A stretch of DNA of 63,038 nt, filler included, from Octopus bimaculoides (lineage: Eukaryota): assembly GCF_001194135.2 (NCBI RefSeq). It is 4 parts of 3 records of this genome, joined end to end, with 100 filler letters (N's around TTAATTAATTAA, not from the genome) between each part and the next. Parts side by side here need not be neighbours in the genome. Positions count along the whole stretch, not along the records: positions 1 to 21,107 come from NC_068990.1; 3 more parts are not named here. The stretch is one strand, 5' to 3'. The notes under the pieces were generated by a model that made no database searches, was not told the origin of the DNA, and saw only the letters and a program-made list of their open reading frames with translations. The translations under genes and the position numbers were made by a program. Positions 1 to 10,810 of the stretch are shown here, piece after piece. Every line of letters begins with the position of its first letter. Position 1 is the stretch's first letter.

Positions 1-479
1 ATCGGGGGACCCTGTCAAAGGCTTTCTCCATGTCAACGAAAGCCAGGTACAGAGGTTTATCCTTAGCTAGGTATTTCTCTTGCAACTGTCTCACTAGAAA
101 TAAGGCATCAGTAGTGCTTTTACCTGGCACGAACCCAAACTGCATCTCATCTAAATTGATTCGCTCCCTAATTAGTTGGGAGGGTAAATATAATGGAATC
201 AACTTGGCTGAATTTGAACTTGGAAAGTAAAAGAATATAACTTATTTTCTAGTATAGAAGTTAAATTTTTCAAACCAAAATTTTCAAAAAAAAAAAAAAG
301 AAAAGAAGAAAAAGAAGGGTGGGGTAGGTCGACTTATATATCAAAATGATTTTCAAGGATTTTTATGTGAAATGCATCAGGATTTGGAAATAAAATGATG
401 ATGTTTGAGAAAACTCAAACTCCAACTAAACTCATTGCCCGTGTGATATTGGTGTGTGGTAGTGGTGGAAGGGGGGGGG

Positions 480-535
480 GCTACTGGAAGGCCATATGTG
501 TGGCAACAGGATTCAATTCCCTGTTACTGAATGCA
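480..535 (+). mobile_element. Small DD37D/maT transposase fragment
   Basis: ctactggaaggccatatgtgtggcaacaggattcaattccctgt encodes GRPYVWQQDSIP and is nearly identical to 4790-4835. Confidence 0.6.
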
Positions 536-1244
536 ATATGCATGTGTATATAAGAGAATTTTTCAAAACATTCTACTTCATGTATTCTAGATAAATTTCT
601 AATTCTTCCTGAATTTTTATTTATTTATTTTCTAATGGAGACATTTCTTTAATCTCATATATTATGTAACTGAAATAAATCAGTAAAGAGTTGTTCCACT
701 TGCAATTACTCATCCTGATAACCTGATGAGATATCTTTATCAAACCCGCCTGTAAAATTACAAAATATCAACATACGCAAACCTCGTAGTCTCTATTGTC
801 TATTGTAAAATGAAGGTGAAAATAAAGCATTAAAAAACATCATCCTTTTCAGCAGATGATTGGTGGATGGATTATTAGGTGTGTGAGAAAACATATTTGT
901 GTGCTTATAAAATGTGTGTGTGTGTTCATATAAATGTGTGTGCTTATAAATGTATATGAGCATATAGATAGATAGATAGATAGATAGTTAGATAGATAGA
1001 TAGATAGATAATAGAGCATAATATAAACAGTTTCTTTTTAAGTAACTCGAGTTCCACTATTTCAATTGTAGGGAAACTCGGTTTGTGAGAAAAAAGAAAT
1101 CTCATTTGAATATTTTTATAAAATATTATACTCCACTTGGAAATGAGATCTTTCTCTTTCTTTTTTGATGACAAACCTTAGTGTGCACACACACACACTT
1201 TACCATTAGTATTCGAGCACTTTTTCCACCTTGCTTTGCACCTA

Positions 1245-1279
<35 letters not shown>

Positions 1280-1409
1280 CCAAGAGAGTTAGAGGTTGTG
1301 AATCCAACCAACCCAATTATTAATACACAAGTATTTTTTCATTGCATGACAATTACATTACCGAGTGTAATAAATGGGTGAGGGTAAAAAGTTATTTTAC
1401 CCTTAATTC

Positions 1410-1774
1410 ATATAGCCATAAGAAAATGGAGGGGATCAAGAGGTGGTATTCATCAACTTTTAGACATTATATTATGTCTATTTATTTAAAAAAAAACAAT
1501 TATAACAATATAACAATATACATACATGTATAACATATTATGCTTTACATATATAATATATAAAATGCCAGTAATTATTAAAATATATAACATAGAGCAT
1601 AGAAAGTAGGATCCTACTTTACATGCTCTACGTTATATATTTTAATAATTACTGGTATTTTTATATATTATATATGTAAAGCATAGTATGTTATACATGT
1701 ATGTATATTGTTATAGTTATAATTGTTTTTTTCTTTATGAATACCACCTCTTGATCCCTTCCATTTTCTTATTG

Positions 1775-1780
<6 letters not shown>
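1410..1780. repeat. ~370-bp near-perfect palindrome centred on GGATCC (1609-1614)
   Basis: Arms are reverse complements of each other (e.g. ccagtaattattaaaatatataac / gttatatattttaataattactgg and aagaaaatggaggggatcaagaggtggtattcat / atgaataccacctcttgatcccttccattttctt). The left arm has a ~30-bp extra segment. Confidence 0.9.
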
Positions 1781-1819
<39 letters not shown>

Positions 1820-2834
1820 ATACATCGCTATGCGCGTTTCCACAAATCACATGACTTTAACATCAGAGTCCGTATCCTTGGGATGAGTACTGTATAGTCC
1901 GCATCCTAGAATTATTGTTATTATTATATTTATCCTACATTACATCAGTGTAACCATGATGCAACCCCGAAAAACTGACTCACTAGTCAGTATCATTGGA
2001 CGGTAGCCGGCATAATGAAATGGGAAGCTTTATTTGCTTATCCTTAACTATAAACGAATTTAAAAGATGTGCTTTTGTGTGTGTCTGTGAGAGAGAGAGA
2101 GAGAGAGAGAGAAGAAAAAAAACATAATAAAGGCACAGAAGGTCGCCAAATACTCATCAGTTATCGGTCAAAGAATCAATGCAATTTTGCACCTTCAAAC
2201 ACATACATATGTATGTATTTAATAATAAGAATATATATAAGCATCACTTTGTAGGCAGAAAAGTACAACAGGTTTATTGGCGTATCTCGAACCACTGAGT
2301 AAGCTTTTGCCGGATTACACACACACACACATACGATTCAACTTCCAAAAGTCCACTTGTTGCTGATGTCTTATAAAATTAGTGTGTTTGTCTACCGTAA
2401 CTTGCGTTAAAATCCTAATATTTATATCATAGAATATACAAATTTTGAATTTATTACGCGGTCATTACATTGATGCGTGCGCGCACGCGCGTAGGGACGT
2501 CGGAGAATCTTTCAGCGGATTACATATTTGGGGGGGTGGAGTGAGGGTGGAGGGGCTCCTCTTCAGTGAACGCTGTATATTATGCAAATATTTACTGAGA
2601 TCCCAGAAAATACCAGGTTCCTTGGATGATGTATCCTTGCATTATATATATATATATATATATAAGTTCGATGAAGGCTAAGCGGGCCAAAACTTCGAAG
2701 TCCCTGCCAACACTATTCTTGTAAAAACATGAGTTTGATAAATGTATTGAATAATCCTTCGGTTTAATATAAAATTGTTTTTATTATAACTCGACAAAGA
2801 CACAAACATTATACATATATATGTATGTATATGT

Positions 2835-2876
<42 letters not shown>

Positions 2877-3378
2877 CTCACGCTCACATCTTCAAATTCT
2901 AGCTACTGACTTGGAAAAAAGTAACAAAGCACACTTAAGTATGAATCTTAGCAGTGCATTTCAATGCATCTTGTTTGAACTCTGGAATATTTTATTTGGA
3001 ATCACCCGAAAGTAGACAAGTTGATCGATATGGAAATTTGTCGTGATTTATCCGGTAATAGAAAATACAGTTATGCAGGGGAAAAAAAGGGCGGGGGAAT
3101 CGATCTCATAGTAACAAAGTCACAACTATAAATAAGATGAATTGAAAAAAATATATAATAAAAAAACACCTACCGTTGACATAGTTGAGTAAGGTTTGAG
3201 TATATCGACAGTGACTGAAAAAGGAAAATAGTTAAAACAAACAGTAGCCCTATATTGTTCCAAGCGAGAAACTAACTTGTGTTAGAAGTATTTCTCACAT
3301 GACACAAGCTGTTGTCAGAGACTGCCCCGACACTGATTACTACACTGAACCAGACATAATAATAAAAGATAATAATGG

Positions 3379-3426
<48 letters not shown>

Positions 3427-3703
3427 NNNNNNNNNNNNNNNNNNNNNNNNNNNNNNNNNNNNNNNNNNNNNNNNNNNNNNNNNNNNNNNNNNNNNNNNNN
3501 NNNNNNNNNNNNNNNNNNNNNNNNNNNNNNNNNNNNNNNNNNNNNNNNNNNNNNNNNNNNNNNNNNNNNNNNNNNNNNNNNNNNNNNNNNNNNNNNNNNN
3601 NNNNNNNNNNNNNNNNNNNNNNNNNNNNNNNNNNNNNNNNNNNNNNNNNNNNNNNNNNNNNNNNNNNNNNNNNNNNNNNNNNNNNNNNNNNNNNNNNNNN
3701 NNN

Positions 3704-3757
<54 letters not shown>

Positions 3758-4108
3758 ATCACTATTCCTTTTTCTCATTCCGTGACCCTGTCAGTGATTT
3801 TCAGTTGAAATATTTTGACAGTCGATAAGCTCTCGCCCTTAATTTTGAGAAAATGCCGTCGTTTAAAAGAAGGTAGTTATCTTTTATTTATATCTCTGAA
3901 ATGTATTTTCACATTTTCATGGATTTCACACATTCAGATATACATTATCTTTGTACTTGTTTCGGCCATGCTGGGGCACCGTCTTGAAAGGTCGTAGTCG
4001 AATGAATCAAGCCCAGTACTTATTTTTTAAGCCTTATTCTATCGATTTCAAGTGAGACTGATAGGATAAGGATTAAAATGCACACGCGCACACATGTCTG
4101 TGTATATA

Positions 4109-5235
4109 CACATTAGGTATTCAAGCTAAATTTGATGATTGTTTATGTCTCCTGTTTTCAGAAACAGCTTGGTATATTGGTGAACAGCCAACGGTGTTGG
4201 AGAGGATAAAGATTAAAGTTATAGTTTAGAAAAGGTTAGCTGAGAAGACTGCAAGCCATCTGACTATTGGAAAAGAGTTACCTGTATCATGATGATTTGC
4301 GCCAGGAATTAAAATGTCAACGTCATGACGATAGCTCAATGCTCTGTAAACACTGTAGAACAGCAGTTCAAAACTAATGTGCTCAGGGTCGCATGCGGCC
4401 CTCATGCATCCTTCTGGCGGACCCAGACAGTCTTCCCTCTATGAATATAATAATTCCTTCTTTATTTGACTCGTGTTTTACTTTAGATTTTGGTTTTTCT
4501 TTCTGGCGCGGGCCCCTAAAAAAATCTAGGTGTTGGATCTGGCCTGGATATTAAAAAGATTGAGAACCACTACTGTAAAAGCTGTAGGACGTGACATGGG
4601 CAGCTGCAACGGAGATACGAAGCCGTGACCAGAGGAAGGAACACAGTAAGTCTTCTGTCTGTGCCCGAACGCCGGAATTCATCTAACAGCTACAGGATTA
4701 CGGCCTTAAAGTTCAATTCAGACAGCTATGTGAAGCTGCTGGAGAACATGATCGAATCCTGGCTGGTGGGGTGGGGGGTTAGGATTAGTGGCTACTGGAA
4801 GGCCATATGTTTGGCAGCAGGATTCGATTCCCTGTCACACCTCTGGAAAGAGCCAGGAGTGGTTTTCGGAGAATTTCTACTTCACCAGCCTCAATTTCTG
4901 ACTTCCTATTTCCCTGGATTGCAATCCAGTGGATTACTATGTGTGAGCGTAGTTGAAAAAGACACCAACCCTTCTGCTTTCGACACCAAGACCGAGCTAG
5001 TGGCCAAAATCAAGGAGATCTTCGAAGATCTCAGGGACACAATGAGGAACTCATGGGCCATGTTTCGCTGCCGTCTTGAAACCTTTGTGGAAACTGAGAT
5101 AACCGTTTACTTTCAATAATTTCACAACCATAATCTAATTGATATTTTTCAATTACCTTTATTTTTGGATTGGATATTGTGTTTTCTTTTCCGTTTAAGC
5201 AAACTATCAAATTTAGTCCAAACAGCCACTGTGTG
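4109..5235 (+). mobile_element. Decayed, internally deleted Tc1/mariner element of DD37D (maT) type
   Basis: Broken ORF reads AQCSVNTV-AV..., LKFNSDSYVKLLE, GRPYVWQQDSIPCHTSGKSQEWFSENF, DCNPVDYYV, VEKDTN, ELVAKIKEIFEDL. Degenerate inverted ends share ctaaatttgat. Confidence 0.7.
4361..4572. mobile_element. hAT (Buster/Charlie-like) MITE nested in the maT element
   Basis: Degenerate TIRs cagcagttcaaaa / ttgagaaccacta. 8-bp TSD ctgtagaa / ctgtaaaa with central TA. Internal ggccc-type motifs. Confidence 0.7.
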
Positions 5236-5616
5236 TGGGGGGGGGGCGTAAGAAGCTTGCTTACCAACCGTATGGTTCGGCCCCACTGCGTGGCACCTTT
5301 GGCGAGTATCTTCTATTATAGCTTCGGGCCAACTAAAGCCCTGTGAGAGGATTTTTGGTAGTCGGAAACGGAAACAAACCCATCGTGTATATGTGTGTGT
5401 GTGTGTGTACATACATCTGCTTAGGACCGAGTAACACGTGCTCATGGTGGTCCGACAAAGACTAAACTGTGGCTTTGCCTCCATGGTACACTTTTGCCAT
5501 TTCCATAGGGAGAACTTCAGTCAAGCAAGTGTTTCAAGTAAGTGTTAGTTCCTAACGCTCCAAGGGAACTAGGCTCACCTAGGTCATGATCCCTCGGTTT
5601 TCTGCTGTTTTTTTAA

Positions 5617-5921
5617 AGTTCTTAAGCGAGTTCGTCATGGTCGAGCGAACACACCACAGTTCAGAGAAATAGGATCACCTGAAGGTTCCGAGTTCAATCC
5701 CCACTCAGTCACACCGTTAGCCAGGTCACATTTACTTCTGGTGGTATGTCTTCTACCCTAACTCTGGAAGTCCGTCTCCCAAGGTATACGGGTAGAAGCA
5801 CCACTTCGTCCGTTTTCAATGGTGTGACTTTAGTGGGGATTGAATTCGGAACCTTCAGGCGATCCTATTCCTCTGAACTGTGGTGTATATCGCTCGACCA
5901 TGACGAACTCGCTTAAGAACT
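5617..5921. repeat. Fold-back with ~102-bp tRNA-like inverted arms around a LINE ORF1 fragment
   Basis: Arms 5617-5718 and 5818-5921 are reverse complements at roughly 90% by eye. Loop 5719-5807 duplicates about 9787-9875. Confidence 0.85.
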
Positions 5922-6745
5922 ATACTTTACTTATTCTGATATGGGCTAACGAAAATGCCCTTACATATTCATTCTACCTGCCCAAAATATTTATTTTACC
6001 GGACCGAAATTGAAATCACAACCACATATCGCTTCACTCAACACTCTACCGTCATCGAAAACCAGTGACACATGGAACACTAGGGTGCCAAGTGCAGTGA
6101 CTTAGCTAATAGGGAAACAAAGTGGGATGGCTGCTCCCCACCAGCACATTTTTCAAAGTTGACAGCTTTTCAACAATTTATTTTTTAACTCTTTAATTAG
6201 CTATATCATTAGTTGTAAGTTTCACACATAATGGCATTGTTAATGAAATGGAAATTAATGAATGTAGAATACAATAACGTGTTTTATAACTAATGAAATA
6301 TTTCGTGTCATATAAGAGAAATGACTTTAAAATTGTTTGACACGTGTCACGGCGCTTTTTTATGTGCTCGCTCTCCCTAAACTTAGAACATGACTACGCC
6401 TCTGCCCAAGAATACAAAAGGACGAAATGATCATGGCTAGCATATATTTAATCACATGGCTGCTCAATAAGGACTGACTAGACTGACTAAATAATGACAT
6501 CAGCAACTAAATCAACATACATATTCTGAGAAAATGCATTAACTTGATGCATTTTCAACAAACCTGATCAGACGAGAAACACCCATTCATGAACGCAAAT
6601 AAAAACCGTAAAAAGAGTTGTGATGGCATTGGTGACCATGGCGGGTAGTAGTGGTAGTGGTGGTGGTGGTGGCCGCGGAGCAGGGGGATGGCATGTTGAC
6701 GATGATGAAGACGACTTTGGTGGTGGTAATGATAGTGACAGTGTG

Positions 6746-6955
6746 TCTATATGTTTGTGTGTCTGTATTTGTCCCCCAACATCGCTTGACAACCGATGCT
6801 AGTGTGTTTACGTCCCCGTCAGCTAGCGGTTCGGCAAAAGCCACCGATAGAATAAGTACTAGGCTTACAAAGAATATGTGCTGGGGTCGATTTCTTCGAC
6901 TAAAGGCGGTGCTCCAGTATGGCCGCAGTCAAATGACTGAAACAAGTAAAAGAGT
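6746..6955 (+). mobile_element. SINE family A 3' tail
   Basis: gtccccc-aacatcgcttgacaaccgatgct...agcggttcggcaaaag...cgactaaaggcggtgctccag...gcagtcaaatgactgaaacaagtaaaag. Recurs at ~51640, 53480 and 56590, and reversed at ~3950, 7104, 11600, 25935 and 35045. Confidence 0.8.
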
Positions 6956-6984
6956 AATAATACAATATTACACAACCATTTTAT

Positions 6985-7075
6985 AATGTTTCTTTTCTGG
7001 AAACTCGCCTCGTACCGGCAGCTGATGGTTCACGGACCGGCCCCTGTCCGCCAACCACCACTTTGTGTAGCACTG
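6985..7075 (+). mobile_element. 3' end of a Buster/Charlie-like hAT MITE
   Basis: cacggaccgg...accactttgtgtagcactg terminus, followed by gttTAcac. Confidence 0.4.
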
Positions 7076-7103
7076 GTTTACACCACTTGAAAAGCCTCGT
7101 TCC

Positions 7104-7300
7104 TTTACTTGCTTCAGTCATTTCACTGCGGCCATGTTGGAGCACCGCCTTTATTCGAACAAATCGACCCCAGGACTTATTGTTTGTAAGCCTAATACTT
7201 ATTCCATCGGTCTTTTCTTGCCGAACCGCTAAGTTTCGGGGTCGTAAACACACCAACATCGGTTATCAAGTGATGGCGGAGGAACAAATACAGACACGCA
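7104..7300 (-). mobile_element. SINE family A 3' tail, inverted relative to 6746-6955
   Basis: Reverse complement of the tail described at 6746. Confidence 0.8.
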
Positions 7301-7980
7301 CACACAACACACACTCATACAGACACGCACACAATTACATATACATGGGCACACGCATGCAGACACACGCACGCACACACACAGAGGAACGCACATATAC
7401 TCTACAGACACAACCCCACACACAACCCTACGCACATACATATACATACTCATACACACATACATACAGGCACGTACAAACACGAACATATACATACACA
7501 AACGCACACACACATGCGTACACACACGCACAGGATTGCACACATATCTAACACACACAACCCCACGCACACATACACACACACAAATACACGCACGCGC
7601 GCTCACACACACACACGCACGCGAATACACGCACATATACCTCCACACACAACCCCTCGTTCACACACACACATGCACACACGCATATACACACGCACAC
7701 ACATGTACACACTCACATACACTCACACGCACACATATATACACAAGCAAACACATACACACACACGCATATGAACTCACACATACCTCCCCCACACACA
7801 ACGCACTCATTTATACACGCACACAATTACACATACATGGACATCACGCACGCACACACATACAGAGGAACGCACATATACTCCACAGACACAACCGCAC
7901 ACACACTCACACACATAGACGCATGCACTCACTACACACAAAACACACACACAGAACATATTCATACACGCACACACATA
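7290..7980. repeat. Degenerate (CA)n-rich low-complexity tract
   Basis: Imperfect CA/CACG/CATA repeats with a partial internal duplication. This tract produces the spurious HT/TH/CV ORFs. Confidence 0.9.
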
Positions 7981-8341
7981 CTTCAAACTGCCAGTCAAAC
8001 ACCTTTGTACTGACCAATCCCCTACGCACATGTGAAGAAACACTACACAAAAGACGGTCACTCCTACTACTAAATTCTTCCTACAACAGTAAGGACACAA
8101 AGTTCACTCACACATACACATATAAACAGCCAAAATCACACACAACACATACACACGTGCTATTACACACACACAGACACCTGCACGCACATACCCACGC
8201 ATACCCCCTTCTCCTACACTCTCCTGTCTTAGAAAGGACTTTTTCTTCACCCATGCCCTTCCGGTCATTTCAAAATGTAACCATATGTGAATCGTTGGCG
8301 ATTTTCTTCCTCCGTCTTCCCTTCTATTGGACTTTCCTCTG

Positions 8342-8375
8342 TTTCCGAAGAAGAGCGTCTACTCGAAACGTTAAG
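8342..8375 (+). ncRNA. Minimal hammerhead-like motif in a Penelope-like terminal repeat (C4 variant)
   Basis: TTT-CCGAAGA-A-GAG(cgtcta)CTC-GAA-ACGT-T-AAG. The downstream cctgagcgtc motif is shared with the copies at 59438 and 61740. Confidence 0.5.
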
Positions 8376-9045
8376 CCATCTTTCTTTCCTTTCCTGAGCG
8401 TCTGCTAATACATTACATGTACCACGTGCTCGTGTTATTCTTCGGTAAATTATTGTTCTTTCTGCTGCTTCCTTTAAAACTTCTTTGGCGGGGAACACCT
8501 TCATTTCGTTCCCCTCCCTTTTAAGCATTCCCTTGAACTTGCTCACATCCTCCAGCCTTATATCTTCGCTTTTTTCCTTTTGTCGCTGCAGCATAATTCC
8601 TTGCTTCGTCTATCTTCTTTATACACTCCACCATTTCTTCCTCAGACGACGCAAAGTCCGAAGAATGGCAGTTTACAACGTCCGAAACGGAACAATTCAA
8701 ACTTTCGTAACTCCTCACTCGACGCCCATCTATTAAACAAGAGGAAAAACCGCCAAGGCAGCAAAAAAACACGTGTGTAACAAACAAAACCAACAATCCA
8801 ACTGACAAACGCAATACCGGAAGCAAGCCTCTCTATTTTATGGAATGAATTAATATAATGAAAGATGAAATGAAGCCGTTCAGCCCGCCTCCGAGCTACA
8901 TGATTGAACCTGTTAATACAACCTTTTTTTGAAAACAATTATTTAATCACCATTTTTTAAAAAATGTCTGTACCGTACTTTTTTTTAGAATATCAACATA
9001 CCGTATCTGTTGCGGCATTGTGCTGGTGTCTCTTTTCTTAACCCA

Positions 9046-9875
9046 TCACTCGCAGTCCAGATTTTCCACGTACTTATGTAATCTCCTCACGTACTCCGGA
9101 TCCGTCAACACGTAGAGAATGCTCTCGGGCAGACCCCTTGCTCCCATTACATCCACTTTCCTACTCCGTCCCACGAGTTCACCTCATTGCACAGTTCTTC
9201 ATTATGTCCATTATACATTACTACATATTTTTCTTTACAAGAAGGGATGGGTAAGTTTCAGGCCCCTGTGTGTTTGTAATTCTTTTTATGCCAGACAGGG
9301 TATAGGGAGGGTTAGTGTCTGAAGGGAGTGGGTGGGGACGGGGCCCGGATGGATGTGGGTTGGAAGTCATCCTCTACCACATGTGTCCTTTTTCTTTTCT
9401 TCCCCGCTATCTCCCAGCTGGCGTTTGTCTCCTCTTCCTTGATTCTGGTACTTGTCTTCATCTGTAGTGCCATATCGCTTTCCTTTTCCTCCACGGGCTG
9501 CGGAGCACCTACCACTTTCTCACTCTCTTTGGCCTTTTCTAGTGGTAGAGGGCACTCCACTCTAATGTGGCCCTTCAGGCAACATTTATAGCACCGCGGA
9601 ATCCTTCCCTCCAATCTAACTTTCAACGTTGTCTCCCTAACTGTGATGTCCTCTACCATATTTTCTGAGTTTTCCTCCGCAACTTGTACCACCATTTCAA
9701 GGGTTTGTCCCTGCCAGTTCCTATGGGATGTTCTGGTGGTCTGTAAGTCCACCACCTTCTCCATGCCCAGGTGTATGGCAGCCACCAGCCAGGCTACATT
9801 TACTTCTGGTGGTATGTCTTTTACCCTAACCCTGGAAGTCCGCCTCCCAAGGTATACGGGTAGAAGCACCACTTC
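9046..9875 (-). mobile_element. Non-LTR retrotransposon ORF1 (gag-like) remnant with CCHC zinc knuckle
   Basis: ORF 9312-9872 contains CYKCCLKGHIRVEC (CX2CX4HX4C) after an RRM-like segment, then WEIAGKKRKR. A decayed frame-shifted continuation runs to about 9046 or beyond. Confidence 0.75.
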
Positions 9876-9885
9876 AAAAAATACC

Positions 9886-10222
9886 CATTTTTCAAAAAGT
9901 TATGAAGACACAAAGTAAATTCTTGCGAATTGTTCGAAGCTTCTCTTCCCTAGCTCCGAAATATTTTCACAACAAACTCCGATATAATCGGAATCTACAC
10001 CGTCTGAAAGGTATTTGTTGAAAGTTTTATTAAATATACGCATTTTCAGCAAGTTATGAGGAAACAAAGTCGACCCTTGTGAATTATATGAAATTTCTCT
10101 TCCCTAGTGCCGAAAATTTTTCACAACCAACTCCGATATAATCAGAATCTACACCATCTGAAAGGCATTTGTAGAAAATTTCATCAAAGAAGTCCATTTT
10201 CAGAAAGTTATGAGGAAACAAA
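9886..10222. repeat. 154-bp tandem repeat, about 2.2 copies
   Basis: aagttatga anchors at 9899, 10053 and 10207. Shared block actccgatataatc-gaatctacacc-tctgaaagg. Confidence 0.85.
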
Positions 10223-10736
10223 ACCGGATGAGGTCGCAGTTGTATAGGTAGGAAATATGTTACCCCCGACGGACAGCTGAATCAACAGACTGCCGGACAC
10301 AAACTGCCCTGTGGATTTTATACTGATAGGTATGGTGGTGTGGTTAAGAAGTTTACTTAGAAATCTCGTGGTTTCGGGTTTAGTCCTCCTGCATGGCACC
10401 TTGGGCAAGTGTTTTCTGCTGCACTCCCGGGATGACTGAATTCGGTAGACGAAAAGTATGTAGAAGCCCATCGTAGGATCTTTATGGTTTGACAGCCAAC
10501 ACTTGTTTTCTTAACGAAACACTTTCAAACTTGGGATACTGGTAGAATGTGTCATATAAAACATCTTTTTCTCTTAGCCTTCTTAACAAAAATTACTTCT
10601 TAATAAGTTATTTCATGTTAAAGTTGTCGTATTTCTGTAATTTCAACCAATCACTGACGTCTATTCAGCTGAATACAGTTAGTGCTGTTCGGTGTCAAGT
10701 GTGTTATTCTGTTTAATTATATCATTATTCCCTAGT

Positions 10737-10810
10737 AAGGGTTTAGGGTTTTAGGGTTTGGGTTCGGGTTTTAGGGTTGGGGTTATGAGTTATAGGGTTA
10801 GGGTTAAGGT
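10737..10810 (+). repeat. Degenerate telomere-like (TTAGGG-related) tract running into an N gap
   Basis: agggtttagggttttagggtttgggttcgggttttagggttggggtt...agggttagggttaagg. Confidence 0.7.

Noticed and set aside
722-752. cctgatgagatatctttatcaaac hammerhead-like string
   Set aside because: Lacks G12 and has no convincing stem I or III; could be chance or a very old relic.
3272-3808. Long ORFs spanning N runs (also 10758-11687, 14360-15347, 37342-38289, 59525-60658 and others)
   Set aside because: They are open only because N codons are not stops; the flanks are microsatellites.
4160-4230. Possible exon after ttttcag as a missing muskelin 5' exon
   Set aside because: No frame resembles discoidin, LisH or CTLH sequence, and it lies within the maT element.
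6095-6404. Possible MITE (cagtgacttagc...gactacgcctctg)
   Set aside because: The TIRs and TSD are too degenerate to support.
7063-8408. His/Thr- and Cys/Val-rich ORFs up to 290 aa
   Set aside because: Translations of CA/TG low-complexity DNA.
8975-8990. A9 tract as the poly(A) tail of an ORF1-only element
   Set aside because: It can equally be read as Lys codons in the decayed ORF1 continuation (ILKKKYG), and there is no TSD.
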